A DNA stretch of 61,590 nt, filler included, from Malassezia furfur (GCA_052055015.1; 8 parts of 8 records of this genome joined end to end with filler, not necessarily neighbours in it); one strand, 5' to 3'; positions 38,808-49,388 are shown, counted from the first letter of the whole stretch. Made by a program: numbers and translations. Notes: generated by a model not told the origin, from the letters alone.

Positions 38808-40226
38808 AAGGCGGCGGCCGCGGCCGACACCCCCAAGACGCAGTCGTCGACGCCTTCGCGCTCGCGTGGCTCGCGCACCACCAAGGCCGCGGCGGCCGCT
38901 GCTGCCGCCGCGGAAGAGACTGCACCCGAGGTGCCCGCATCTCCCGCGCCCAAGGCCGCTCCGCTGTCGGAGCGTGTGCACGCGCTGCCGACGCGTACGA
39001 ACCCGCGTCTCGCCGAGGTCAAGTCGCGTCAGGTGAAGCTGCAGGTGATCCGCCGCGAGGACAAGGAGATCATCATTGGTCGTATCAAGCTGCCGACCGT
39101 CAACGGTGCCGAGCACGGCTTCCTGCTGAAGCGCTTCGACACGAACGCAATTGCTGGTTCTTCCATGTTCCGCCTCGCCTTCCCGTACGCAGATGGCGAG
39201 GAAGAAAGTGCCGAGATGGCCTACCTTGAGTCGCGCTTCGACACGAACGTCGCCAACGGCGGCACCCTCGCTCCTGCTACCCCGCGCCGCGGCCGCAAAC
39301 CGGACCCAAATAATGCCAAGAGCAATGGCAGCGGTGTGCTGCCGCCCGGCTCGACGGGTGTGCGTCTGCAGGGTGTGTGGATTCCGTGCGAGCAGGCGGC
39401 ACCCATCGCCGAGGACTATGGTCTCCTGGAGCTTGCGCAGCCGCTGCTCGAGGCCACGGCGGTGCTGCTGCCGAACGACGACGTCCCGCTGCTCAACCCT
39501 GACGCGGACACGCTGGCGCTCGCTGCAGAGAGCGAGCGTGTACCGCTCAGTACGCCGCAGCGCCAGGCGAAGCGTGCGCGCACCGCCGAGTCGATGGCCG
39601 CCGACGCGGCCTCGGCGGCACTTGCCTCGCCGAGCTCCTCGACGCCGATGCAGGCTGCACAGCAACTGCTCGGCACCTCGGCGCCCGAGACGCCTACATC
39701 GCCGAGCAAGCGCCGCGCCGCGCCGCGCCGGACGCGCGCTGCGATGGCGGCTGCCGCGGCGGCCTCCGAGCCGGGCCTGCAGACGCCCATGACGCCTGCG
39801 CAGATCGATGCGCAAATCCGCGCTGCCAAGGAGCTCGCTGCGGATATCGCTGCCGACTCGGACAAGGCGAGCAGCACGACGACGCGTGCCAAGCGTCGCG
39901 CCGAGGAAGAGGCGGACGGCGAAGTAGTTGTTGCGCCGCAGGGGCAGACGGCGACGCGTGCGCTGCGCCACCGCGTGCCGCACAGCGCCCCGCTCGTACG
40001 TGCGGCGGGTGCGCTGACGGCAGCGGGTGCGCTGGGTGTCGGTGCTGCGGCGTGGTACGCCGGCACGCTCAATCTGGCGACGGCCGTGCCGGCTGCGCTG
40101 CAGCAGCTGCAGCGCTCCGACTACAGTTCTGCACTGCAGCATCTGCAACATATCGACTACTCGAGCGCATTGCACACGCTTCAGCAGAACATTCAGAGTT
40201 GGGGCACTTCCTGGTTTGGATCGTAG
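38808..40226 (+). CDS. APSES/KilA-N domain inner nuclear membrane protein, Bqt4-like (5' truncated)
   Basis: IIGRIKLPT...FLLKRFDTNAIAGSSMFRLAFP...RLQGVWIP (APSES-like), a disordered middle region and a C-terminal hydrophobic segment (AAGALTAAGALGVGAAAWY). Confidence 0.75.
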   Translation, partial: KAAAAADTPKTQSSTPSRSRGSRTTKAAAAAAAAAEETAPEVPASPAPKAAPLSERVHALPTRTNPRLAEVKSRQVKLQVIRREDKEIIIGRIKLPTVNGAEHGFLLKRFDTNAIAGSSMFRLAFPYADGEEESAEMAYLESRFDTNVANGGTLAPATPRRGRKPDPNNAKSNGSGVLPPGSTGVRLQGVWIPCEQAAPIAEDYGLLELAQPLLEATAVLLPNDDVPLLNPDADTLALAAESERVPLSTPQRQAKRARTAESMAADAASAALASPSSSTPMQAAQQLLGTSAPETPTSPSKRRAAPRRTRAAMAAAAAASEPGLQTPMTPAQIDAQIRAAKELAADIAADSDKASSTTTRAKRRAEEEADGEVVVAPQGQTATRALRHRVPHSAPLVRAAGALTAAGALGVGAAAWYAGTLNLATAVPAALQQLQRSDYSSALQHLQHIDYSSALHTLQQNIQSWGTSWFGS

Positions 40227-40370
40227 GGTTGGCTGTAGGTTTTGCTTGGCTCCGCTAGTGTTGCATCGTTTGATTGGCTCCAAAAAACAAAGTTGCGTGG
40301 GTGGAGACAGCAGAAGCGCGGCCCTCGCGGAGTTGACACCGACGAAGACCAGCTGGCAGGGAGGCGTGAT

Positions 40371-43300
40371 ATGGACGAGCGGACACGCGCCGCAGTGAGC
40401 GGCGCGGATGCTCCAGTACCGTCGCAGCGACCACGCGAGACCAGCGATTCAAAGCTACCCGAGTTTGTGCTCACGCCGCCAGAGCCATTTGAGCACTTTC
40501 CGCTCCAAGGCAGTGCCTTGGCACCGGATAGCCCAGGGTCATCGCTGGCATACAATTCTTCTCCGGTTTCACGGCGCTCTGCACACAGACGGGGTAGCTC
40601 GCATGCCTCGATTCTGGAAAAAGCCCCGCCACCGCCACCACCGATCCCCGTTAGTACGGATCTGCGGGAGGCCGAGGGCGCTATCAACAAGATTAGCCGC
40701 ATGCAGCGTGCCCAGGCGCCCAAGCATGTATGGCACAAGTGGTTAGGATTCGCGGCCATGCGCGAAGCTAGCAGCCGCATGAATGCGCCGCGTGGCACAA
40801 ATGCAGAGGACGACGAAGAGCAGCGGCTGCTCACACAGATGGACGCCGACTGCACCGCCCAGGGACTGTCCGACGCGCCGGATGATATCGGTGCATCATG
40901 TGTACCTGATCAGTCGCTGGGCTCGCGCACACCCTCCCTCTCCCTCACTGCGACGCCACCGCCGCATTCGGGATCCCCATCGCCGGCACAAACTCCGTCG
41001 TCGATGATGCCCAACCTCAATGGATTGCGCCGACCTTCACAATTGGATCTGTGTGCACCGCCTGTGCTGCAGCAGCCGCGTGCGACGTACGTCCCGCGTG
41101 AACTGCTCTCGGAGAACTGGGACCAGAGCTCCTTCACTTCCGGCAGCGAGGAAGAAGACGCAGGCGGCACATGGTCGACAGACACCGAGTCGTCCGAGTC
41201 CGAATCGCAGAGTGGCCAGATTCCCGCACGCTTGAACCTGTCGCATGCCGAGGTGATGACAAACAAGCAGATGCGCCGTCGGCTACGTGCGATGCGCAAG
41301 ATGCGCTACCACCAGGTCGGACCGAATGGCGAGCAAAGCGAGAGTTCGAGCTCGTTTAATCCACATGCCATCCGCCAGAGCGTTGCACATGGCCTCAAGT
41401 ATGCCAGCAAGATGCAGCGCACACAACGGGCGATGGAGCGCTACACGCCCGCCGCACAGGGCGAGTCGAGCGAGACAGACGAGCGGCTGTTGCCGCCTGC
41501 GGCCGTGCCGGAGACCCTTGCGCCATCGCGGCAGAGCTCGCCCGGGACCAGCGATGTACCCTCGGGCAGCGCAAGTGCCCCGGAGAACAAACTGCCGCAC
41601 GTGTGGCGACGCCGGCAGCGCCGCGCGTGGAACAACGCACCATCGGCGATGGACATGGCGCAGCTCGAGGAGGACGAGGAGGAGTGTGGACGCATGTGTC
41701 CTGACGTGACCAGGGCGCAAGATACCAAGCCCATGGTACAGGGCGACACATCCAAAGCACAACTCTTCCCCAAGGGCTACAAGACCGAACTTGTGTACGA
41801 TATGCTCCATGAAAATCAGCGCGGCATCGTGTGGTTTGGCATTGCCAAGCGCTTTAGCTCACAGATGTTGTTCCTGTGGGACCCCTCACCGTGGACGGAT
41901 GCTGCGGGCGCCAACACCGCGCTGGACATCACAACCATGCAGCTGCCTGACCCCACCTGGGAGTGGGTACACCCCTCCTGGCTCGTCGATATGACCTGCG
42001 ATACCGACGAGGATGGCTGGCAGTACTCGGGCAGTTTCACGGGCCTGAAGATGTGGAAGCGCCCGATCCACTTTAGCCACTCGCGCGGCCCGAACCGCTG
42101 GCTGCACAAGCTGTATCTCTTTGCGCAGCGTCGCGAAGAAAAGAGCAACGAGCGCCGCGAGCAGCGCGAGGCGACGCATGCGTCCGAGGGGCTTGCTGCC
42201 GTGATGCGCTCTGCGCGTCTCCGGACGCTCCGCTGGCACGGCCGGCCGACCATGTGGACATTTGTACGGCGCCGCCGATGGGTCCGCCTGCGCCGGCGCC
42301 TCGTACCCATCACGGAGAGTAACGAGCGGTCGAGCGACCACATTCCGGCGCAGATTGAGCTCATCCCACTCTCGGACGAGGAATCCGGTGGCGCTTCGGA
42401 CGAGGAGGGGCGTACGAATACCGACGCGCGCGAAGGTGCCTCGCACCTCGGGGAACCGGTGGCCCTGCCTGTGCATGTCGATATGGGCGACGAGCGTGCT
42501 GTACAGGAGCTGCGGCACATGCACCAAGTGTACAAGACCAAGCAGATCCTGCATATGCTCACGCCCTTCTTTTTGCTGTCGTCACACCAAGTTCAAGAGA
42601 TTCTGCGGAACAAGGACGAGGTGCCCGTGTACAAATCAGAAGCATGGAGGCACCAAGTGACGATGATCGTGGACCAGGAGCTCCGTGTACAGAATCCGTT
42701 CATTACCTACCCTGCCGTGTGTCAATGGCTCGAACGCGAGGACCTTGCGGAGCTCACCGAGCCTCTGCATGCATACGAGCGCAGCTACCGAGATCAATGC
42801 CACGCACGTGCACCGACCAACTGCATTCTGCCTAGTGCGCCGCAGCGTGACGAGGCGTTCGACACGCTCTTACCCCCCCGCGTCGATCCGGCGGTGGCGC
42901 TGTGCGCCAGGGGCGAGCCGTCGCTCGTGCGCGAGGCAGTTGTGGAGCGCAACTTTACGATGGCAGTCGACACGATGAAGCTTTGTCGCGTCGATCGTCT
43001 CAAGCTCAATCTCTGGTTCGTCTGGCTTGGTGTACGCAGCACCCGGGATTTGGTTGCCGGAGGAGAGCGTGAGATGGGTGGCCCAATCGCGGCAGTACAG
43101 CACGAGTGGAACCGGCGGGCACAGCGCGTGCACGCATACGTACAGACACCGAGCGTATTTTCAAGTACGGTGGAACGGTGCCTCCGTGCGCGCATTCATG
43201 AGCACACGATGGGGACGCCGCATCTACTGGATGTATGGGACGTGCTTGTTGCGCATCTGCACGAGATTGTGGCGATGCTGGACCATGAGCGGTCGCGGCG

Positions 43301-43442
43301 GACCTTTTTGCACCTCGCCCACAAGCTACAGTCGACGGACTACAGCCTGCCGACGGCCACGCCATCGCTGGACCCTCGTTGGCGCGTGCGGCGGGTCGGG
43401 GTGGGGCGCCTGCCGCGCCTGCCGGCGCTTGGACGCGTGTAG
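40371..43442 (+). CDS. Large protein with a dysferlin (DysF) domain (Spo73/Pex30-type domain)
   Basis: VYDMLHENQRG, DPSPWTD, LPDPTWEWVHPSWLVDM, DEDGWQYS and FVRRRRWVRLRRR are DysF hallmarks. Confidence 0.75.
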   Translation: MDERTRAAVSGADAPVPSQRPRETSDSKLPEFVLTPPEPFEHFPLQGSALAPDSPGSSLAYNSSPVSRRSAHRRGSSHASILEKAPPPPPPIPVSTDLREAEGAINKISRMQRAQAPKHVWHKWLGFAAMREASSRMNAPRGTNAEDDEEQRLLTQMDADCTAQGLSDAPDDIGASCVPDQSLGSRTPSLSLTATPPPHSGSPSPAQTPSSMMPNLNGLRRPSQLDLCAPPVLQQPRATYVPRELLSENWDQSSFTSGSEEEDAGGTWSTDTESSESESQSGQIPARLNLSHAEVMTNKQMRRRLRAMRKMRYHQVGPNGEQSESSSSFNPHAIRQSVAHGLKYASKMQRTQRAMERYTPAAQGESSETDERLLPPAAVPETLAPSRQSSPGTSDVPSGSASAPENKLPHVWRRRQRRAWNNAPSAMDMAQLEEDEEECGRMCPDVTRAQDTKPMVQGDTSKAQLFPKGYKTELVYDMLHENQRGIVWFGIAKRFSSQMLFLWDPSPWTDAAGANTALDITTMQLPDPTWEWVHPSWLVDMTCDTDEDGWQYSGSFTGLKMWKRPIHFSHSRGPNRWLHKLYLFAQRREEKSNERREQREATHASEGLAAVMRSARLRTLRWHGRPTMWTFVRRRRWVRLRRRLVPITESNERSSDHIPAQIELIPLSDEESGGASDEEGRTNTDAREGASHLGEPVALPVHVDMGDERAVQELRHMHQVYKTKQILHMLTPFFLLSSHQVQEILRNKDEVPVYKSEAWRHQVTMIVDQELRVQNPFITYPAVCQWLEREDLAELTEPLHAYERSYRDQCHARAPTNCILPSAPQRDEAFDTLLPPRVDPAVALCARGEPSLVREAVVERNFTMAVDTMKLCRVDRLKLNLWFVWLGVRSTRDLVAGGEREMGGPIAAVQHEWNRRAQRVHAYVQTPSVFSSTVERCLRARIHEHTMGTPHLLDVWDVLVAHLHEIVAMLDHERSRRTFLHLAHKLQSTDYSLPTATPSLDPRWRVRRVGVGRLPRLPALGRV

Positions 43443-43532
43443 CACGTGACACATAGTGGAGAATTATATTGCCGAGGTGCCCCAGGGTCGTCGCCGTGCG
43501 TGCACGCCGGTGCGGCTTGTTCTTGTAGCAAC

Positions 43533-44223
43533 ATGGCGGATCACTTGGTATGTGGAATTGTTTGTCGGCCATACTAACGCGAGCAGAGTGAAGGTATGTG
43601 AAAATACTCACAGCAGAACAAATTGCGGGTATGTGATGTGGTGTAACGCAGAATTCAAGGAGGCATTCTCGTTGTTTGACAAGGGTATGTTGTCGTCCTA
43701 CTGACTGAAGATGGCGACGGCTCGATCACCACCAAGGAGCTCGGCACGGTGATGCGGTCGCTTGGCCAGAACCCGACCGAGGCTGAGCTGCAGGACATGG
43801 TGAACGAAATCGATGCGGACGGCGACGGGACCATCGACTTCCCCGAATTCCTGACGATGATGGCGCGAAAGATGAAGGACACCGACAGCGAAGAGGAGAT
43901 CAAAGAGGCGTTCAAGGTGTTTGACAAAGACGGCAATGGCTTCATCAGTGCAGCCGAGCTGCGTCATGTGTACGTTGTAACCCTGTGCTCATCCAGCATG
44001 ACGAATTTGGGTACGCTGCGCGGATTATGCCCCCGCATCTAACACTGCAGGCGAAAAACTCTCGGACCAGGAGGTTGAGGAGATGATTCGGGAGGCGGAC
44101 ACCGACGGTGATGGCCAGATTAACTACGACGAGTTTGTCAGGGTACGTATGGACAGGCTAATGTGCAGATGATGATGAGCAAGGTGTGTATCCCTGGTCC
44201 CCCAAGGACCTCTAACGCAGTAA
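43533..44223 (+). CDS. CMD1: Calmodulin, 9 coding exons and 8 introns
   Basis: Exons 43533-47, 43587-93, 43617-28, 43652-84, 43711-969, 43997-44010, 44051-142, 44169-183 and 44221-223 splice to [26 protein letters not shown]...EFVRMMMSK*, with four EF hands. Confidence 0.96.
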
Positions 44224-44415
44224 TGTGGCCCCCGCGTGAAACCCAATCCGTAGTCACTCCACGCCTGCGCATGCCACGTGGCATACCGCCGTATCATACG
44301 TAATTCCCCACCACGTGGTGAGGGGTTCCGTCACGTCCGCGCCCGACGTGCTCGACACTGCGGGGGACGTGCGTGCACGCAGGGGCTCGCGCATAGACGC
44401 ACAGGGATGTGTGCG

Positions 44416-45804
44416 ATGGCGAGCATGTATACGTCGCCGAATAATAGCGTCTATATGGCGGAGGCGCCTGGGATGCCGCCGCCGGTCGACCCCTACGCGT
44501 ACGACCCGGCTGTGCTGACCAGTCCGCGATCGCCCGTCCCGGCGTTTGCGTATGCGCAGCCTGCGCCGAGCGGATATGGCTCGCCATCGGTGCTATCGCG
44601 CTCGTCATCGAACCGGGTCATGTCGCCGCGCGCGTCGCTGTACGATGTCGATATCAGTGATCGCCGGCGGCGGGACTCGTCGATACAACCGTCGCTGCCA
44701 TACACGAAAGAGTTTGTGGACGAGTACCGGAAACGGATGAAGAACGACCCAGACCCCGAGGCGCAGTTTGCGTTTGCGATGTACCTAATTGATGCGGCGA
44801 AGCGCGTCGCCGACCCGCGCGACAGCGCGAAGCAGGCGCGCAAGTACCGCGATGCGCTGCTGGCCGACTCGCTGCGGCTCATCAAGCGGCTTGCGACGAA
44901 CGGCATGGGCCCCGGAAAGCCGCCGTTTGCGGATGCGCAGTTCTTTCTCGCCAACTGTTTCGGAAACGGGTCGCTGGGCCTGCCCGTGGACCACACCAAG
45001 GCGTACCATTTGTATGTGCAAGCCTCGAAGCAGAACCACCCTGCGGCAACCTATCGCACCGCGGTGTGCAACGAGGTGGGCGCAGGTACGAAGCGCAACT
45101 ATGCGCGGGGCCTGCTGTTCTACCGCAAGGCCGCGTCGCTGGGCGACACGGCGGGGATGTACAAGCTCGGGCTGATTCTGCTGCACGGCCAGCTTGACCA
45201 GCCGCGGAATGCGCGCGAGGCGATCGTGTGGCTGCGGCGCGCTGCCGGGCAGGCCGACGAGGACAATCCGCACGCGCTGCACGAGCTCGCACTGCTACAC
45301 GAGAACCCCAAGAGCACGATCGCCGCGTACAACGAAGCGTACGCGCGTGACTTGTATACCCAGGCGGCGCAGCTCGGCTATGCGCCGTCGCAGTGCAAGC
45401 TCGGCGAGGCGTATGCGCGCGGCACGCTGTGCTGCCCCGTGGATGCACGTGCGAGCGTCTCGTGGTACACCAAGGCGGCGAACAAGGGCGACGGCCACGC
45501 GGAGCTGGCGCTCAGCGGCTGGTACCTCACCGGCGCCGAGGGCGTCTTGCAGCAGTCCGACAGCGAGGCGTATCTGTTGGCGCGGCGTGCGGCGAACAAG
45601 GGCATCGCCAACGCCGAGTACGCCGTGGGGCACTACACCGAGGTCGGCATCGGCGTCTCGACCGACATCGAGGAGGCCAAGCGCTGGTACGCCCGGGCCT
45701 CTGCCCAGGGCCACGCGCGTGCGACGCAGCGCCTGCAGGAGCTGCGGCAGCACAATGGGCGCGTGGCGACGCGCGACGGCGATGGCGAGTGCGTCGTCGC
45801 CTAA
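44416..45804 (+). CDS. SKT5: Chitin synthase activator with Sel1-like repeats (Skt5/Chs4 family), C-terminal CaaX
   Basis: ADAQFFLANC, ASKQNHPAATYRTAVCNEVGAGT, FYRKAASLGD..GMYKLG, ELALSGWYLTGAEGVL. Ends in CVVA. Confidence 0.9.
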   Translation: MASMYTSPNNSVYMAEAPGMPPPVDPYAYDPAVLTSPRSPVPAFAYAQPAPSGYGSPSVLSRSSSNRVMSPRASLYDVDISDRRRRDSSIQPSLPYTKEFVDEYRKRMKNDPDPEAQFAFAMYLIDAAKRVADPRDSAKQARKYRDALLADSLRLIKRLATNGMGPGKPPFADAQFFLANCFGNGSLGLPVDHTKAYHLYVQASKQNHPAATYRTAVCNEVGAGTKRNYARGLLFYRKAASLGDTAGMYKLGLILLHGQLDQPRNAREAIVWLRRAAGQADEDNPHALHELALLHENPKSTIAAYNEAYARDLYTQAAQLGYAPSQCKLGEAYARGTLCCPVDARASVSWYTKAANKGDGHAELALSGWYLTGAEGVLQQSDSEAYLLARRAANKGIANAEYAVGHYTEVGIGVSTDIEEAKRWYARASAQGHARATQRLQELRQHNGRVATRDGDGECVVA

Positions 45805-45844
45805 TTTTACGCAAGGATCCCGTAGCCACTGTCCTGCTTTCTTG

Positions 45845-46344
45845 CTATGTACTTGCGACCGGCGCTGCGCCCGCGTCCGACGGCGTCGCGGCGTTGCTGT
45901 GGCAGTTGGCCAGGAGCGCCAGCACCCCCGGGTCGTCGAGCATCGCCACGAGGCCTGCGTCGTGCGGCGCCTGGGAGGTGAACGACTCGACGTGCGGCGT
46001 GTGCGCCTGCCCAAGGTGCGCCGCCAGGCCCAGGCCGCCGTGCGCGGTAAAGTCGCGCAGGTGCTCGCCAAACGCCTCGGCGCCGTGCAGCTCGATGCCG
46101 TTCAGCGCGCCAAGGTCGAGGCCCTCGCCAAGCGACATGTTGCCCTCGTCGTCGTACACGGCGAGCCCACTCGCCTGCAGCAGGCCGTACGGGTCCTCGA
46201 TGTACTCCACCGCGCTCTCGGGCGAGTTGCGCGGCGACGAGTGCTGCGACGACGATGCGTCCTCGACGGTGGCCGGCAGCGGCCGCCGCGCCGGCACACG
46301 TGGCGGCGTAGACGGCGTCGGGGCGGACGACACCGCCGCTGGCG
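45845..46344 (-). CDS. 3' fragment of an unknown acidic, low-complexity protein
   Basis: Frame open from the contig edge with GC3-biased codons. Its stop lies 40 bp from the SKT5 stop. Confidence 0.5.
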
Positions 46345-46444
46345 NNNNNNNNNNNNNNNNNNNNNNNNNNNNNNNNNNNNNNNNNNNNTTAATTAATTAA
46401 NNNNNNNNNNNNNNNNNNNNNNNNNNNNNNNNNNNNNNNNNNNN
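46345..46444. other. Artificial contig-joining spacer
   Basis: N-run/TTAATTAATTAA/N-run, 100 bp. Confidence 0.98.
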
Positions 46445-46762
46445 TGCGCCGCACGCGGCGCATACGATGCATAGAGCAGGTCGCCGTGCCTGTGTCAGCA
46501 GACCCCACTTACTTGATGCCTAAGGTGGCTAGCGTCGAGCCGACGAGCTCGCGCGCCGGCCGCGCGGCGCCGTGCGGGCCATCGGCGAACTTCAGTGTGT
46601 CCGCGTCGGCATCGGGCATCGTTTCGAGCGCCTGTGTGAGCGCGCGCGGCGTACCTTGTCGACCAGTACACGTGCATCATCCTGCGCATCGACCGCGATG
46701 CGGAACTGCCCGTCTTTCGAGCGGATACGCACGAGCTGCATGAGCGCACGCCGACCTACCAT
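46445..46762 (-). CDS. NPL4: Npl4 (Cdc48 cofactor) N-terminal ubiquitin-like domain, 3' truncated; first coding exon is only ATG
   Basis: Spliced M|LVRIRSKDGQFRI...DK|ALETMP...TLGIK|HGDLLY. Introns include 46736-46759 and 46490-46512. Confidence 0.8.
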
Positions 46763-46825
46763 GGCCATTGCCACTCAAGCGCCGCGGCGCACGCGTCCCC
46801 CTACGTAAGCCATGTGGAGGCAGTC

Positions 46826-48400
46826 CTACGGCGCACGGCGCAGAAGAAACGCCGCGAGCGCCTCGTTGACGCGCCGCGGGTTGTCGAGGTAGAGGTGGTG
46901 CCCTGCAAGTGAGTCGCACACAACGTACCAGCTTTGGAAATCTTGAGCACACGCGTGTCCAAGTTGCCCGCATCGCGCAGGCGCCGCTGCGCGTCCTGCC
47001 CGCCGCGGATATCCATCCAGTCGCTGTCGCCCTGCGGTCAGTCGCGCCGTACAACCCCTACTACGCACGTAGAGAAACAGCGTTGGCATCTTGAGCTTGT
47101 CGATGCGGTGAATGAGTGGGGAGCGCGCATATGCGCCCGGTGCAAGAATATCGGACACTGGGTCAGTCCACGAGTACGTACAGCAGTACTCGCTGCTCCC
47201 ACGCCCGGCAAAGATTCCGTGGCAGTACGCATGCATGCACTGCAGTTCCTCGGGCGGGATGTTGGCAAAGCGCCGGCGCGTGTAGCCGCTCACGAGCCAC
47301 GGTGCAAAGAACGATGTCGAGCGTAGAAGCCCAAAAATGCTCACGTTGCGGTCCCACAGCCAGCCCAGCATGCTCAGCGTGCGGGTGTTCAGCCGGCGCG
47401 GCGGCATGGGCGCCTTGCCGGACGAGTCCGAATGGTCGGACGCTGCATCGTCGCTCTCTGCCTCGCTCTCTGCCAGCCGCTCGGACGCTGCTGCGGGCTG
47501 CCACGATCCCTCAGGGATACCCACGGGCGACACCAGCACCAGCCGCTCGACGCGCTCGGGGTACCGAAGCGCGTACGCAACCGATAGGTAGCCGCCCAAA
47601 CTGTGACCCACCAGCACCATCTTGTCGATCTGCATCTTTTCGCGCCATTGCTCGAGTGACGCTAGGAAATACGACTCGGCGGCCTCGACTCGCTCCGCAC
47701 TCCGCGCCTTGCTGGGCGGCAGTGCGTACGGAGGGCGCGACGAGCGGCCCATGCCCAACCAGTCTAGCGCAAAGAACCGCGAGTTGGGCAACGAGCCAAA
47801 CATTTGCATGTTGCGGTAAAAGAACGCGAGGCCTGCCGCATAGCCGTGCACCAGTACCACCTTTTGCTCGTGCGGGTCCTGCTCGGCGCGCGGCACAGGC
47901 GTGCCGATCTCGAGCGTGTTGATCTGCCGCGGGTGGTGCCGCAGACCAAGACGCGACAGCACACCCTCGCGGCTCGTGCCCGCAGGCGGTGCCCCAATGT
48001 CGACGAGGCGGATGCACCCGACTTTGCCGTCGCTCGCACACTGCGTGCCCACGGTGAAGAACTTGGCGGGCCCCGGTGCCAGGGGCTGTGCCTCTTTGGC
48101 CGATTCCGACACGAGCCGGTAGGCGGTACTGAGCGCATCGGGGCCATCGACCGTGCATGCCGAGGCATTGCCGATTGTTGCGCCGCCAAAGTAACCCGAC
48201 TTGCGCACGAGGAACAACTCGGCCTCGGCAGTCTGCGCGGGGCTCAGATTCCACCAGCTCGAGATGGACGACATCATCGAGGAGGGCATTGGCAGGATGC
48301 TGGACGGCAGTCGCATCTCAGGAGCAACCTCTCCAGCTGCATCGCCTGCCGCAGCTGCCATTCCTTCGAGCCCGTGCGGCTGCTCGGGTGTGGTAGACAT
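46826..48400 (-). CDS. Alpha/beta hydrolase of the ABHD4/ABHD5/Cld1 family (lipid deacylase/acyltransferase-like); several short 3' introns
   Basis: VLVHGYAAGLAFFYRN, ALDWLGMGRSSRP, LEQWREKM, VGHSLGGYLSVAYALRYPERVERLVLVSPVG, GHHLYLDNP. Confidence 0.88.
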   Translation of the reverse strand: MSTTPEQPHGLEGMAAAAGDAAGEVAPEMRLPSSILPMPSSMMSSISSWWNLSPAQTAEAELFLVRKSGYFGGATIGNASACTVDGPDALSTAYRLVSESAKEAQPLAPGPAKFFTVGTQCASDGKVGCIRLVDIGAPPAGTSREGVLSRLGLRHHPRQINTLEIGTPVPRAEQDPHEQKVVLVHGYAAGLAFFYRNMQMFGSLPNSRFFALDWLGMGRSSRPPYALPPSKARSAERVEAAESYFLASLEQWREKMQIDKMVLVGHSLGGYLSVAYALRYPERVERLVLVSPVGIPEGSWQPAAASERLAESEAESDDAASDHSDSSGKAPMPPRRLNTRTLSMLGWLWDRNVSIFGLLRSTSFFAPWLVSGYTRRRFANIPPEELQCMHAYCHGIFAGRGSSEYCCTYSWTDPVSDILAPGAYARSPLIHRIDKLKMPTLFLYVRSRGCTARLTAGRQRLDGYPRRAGRAAAPARCGQLGHACAQDFQSWYVVCDSLAGHHLYLDNPRRVNEALAAFLLRRAP

Positions 48401-48501
48401 GATGGACGAATTCTCCGCGGGCGCTTGCGTAACCCCGCGGCATTAGGCGTACGGCAAAATTGCGCACGTACCGCGCATAACGCCTCCACACGATACGCAC
48501 C

Positions 48502-49327
48502 ATGGACGAGGCCACGCGCCGCTCGCTGCAGTCGGTCGTCGCCGAGGTCGAGGCGGAGCGCGCCACGGGCGAAGTACGCATTCCCTACGCTGAAACAGAC
48601 GCTCCGCGAGCTCGCACGTAACCTGGATCGTACGCAGCGCATGATCGCGATGCAGTTGGGGCAGGTCTATGCCCTGCCGACCGCCCAGCGTAGGTCGCAT
48701 ACACTCACGCAGTCTCGGCGCACGTCACCACTACTGCGCAGCAGTTCGCCGAGGTGCGTGCAGACATTGCACGCCTGTGTGAGGCCGTGCCTGCACAGGA
48801 GTACTACAAGGTGCGCTGCATGCACGCTGACGCAGTGGAACGAAACCTGGTCGTGGGCGATGCGCAATGCCGCGTTTGGCGCATGCTTTACCTACTACCT
48901 CGGTACGGGCCTCCTTCTGTCCAAGGAGCAGACCGCTGATGTGCTCGGCATGCATGCGCTGCCGAGCGACCGCATGATGCTTGCCACCGACGAGTACCTG
49001 CACGGGCTCATCAGCATGGCCAATGAGCTGCCGCGCCTCGCGATGAACGCCGTGACGGCGGGCGACTTTGGCGCACCCGTGCGCATTGCAGCATTCGTCA
49101 AGCAGCTGCACACCGCGTTCCAGGTGCTCAACCTAAAAAACGACATCCTGCGCAAGCGCTTCGATGGACTCAAGGTACGTTGACGCCTGCTTACGCAGTA
49201 CGACGTGAAACGCGTCGAAGAGATCATGTACGACATCCGCCTGCGCAACCTGGCCTCTGACCAGGCACCCGCAGCGCCGTACAGCGACCAGGCCGCGCTG
49301 CTGGCCACGCTTACGGGACACACCTAG
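48502..49327 (+). CDS. TSN1: Translin; introns 48574-48598, 48690-48712, 48811-48835, 49175-49198
   Basis: EYYK|WNETW, DEYLHGLISMANELPRLAMNAVTAGD, FQVLNLKNDILRKRFDGLK|YDVKRVEEIMYDIRLR. Confidence 0.92.
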
Positions 49328-49388
49328 CGCGCGGAAAAAAAAGTGGGTATCATTCTATAGAGATACGAAAGAGAAGAATACAATGCGT

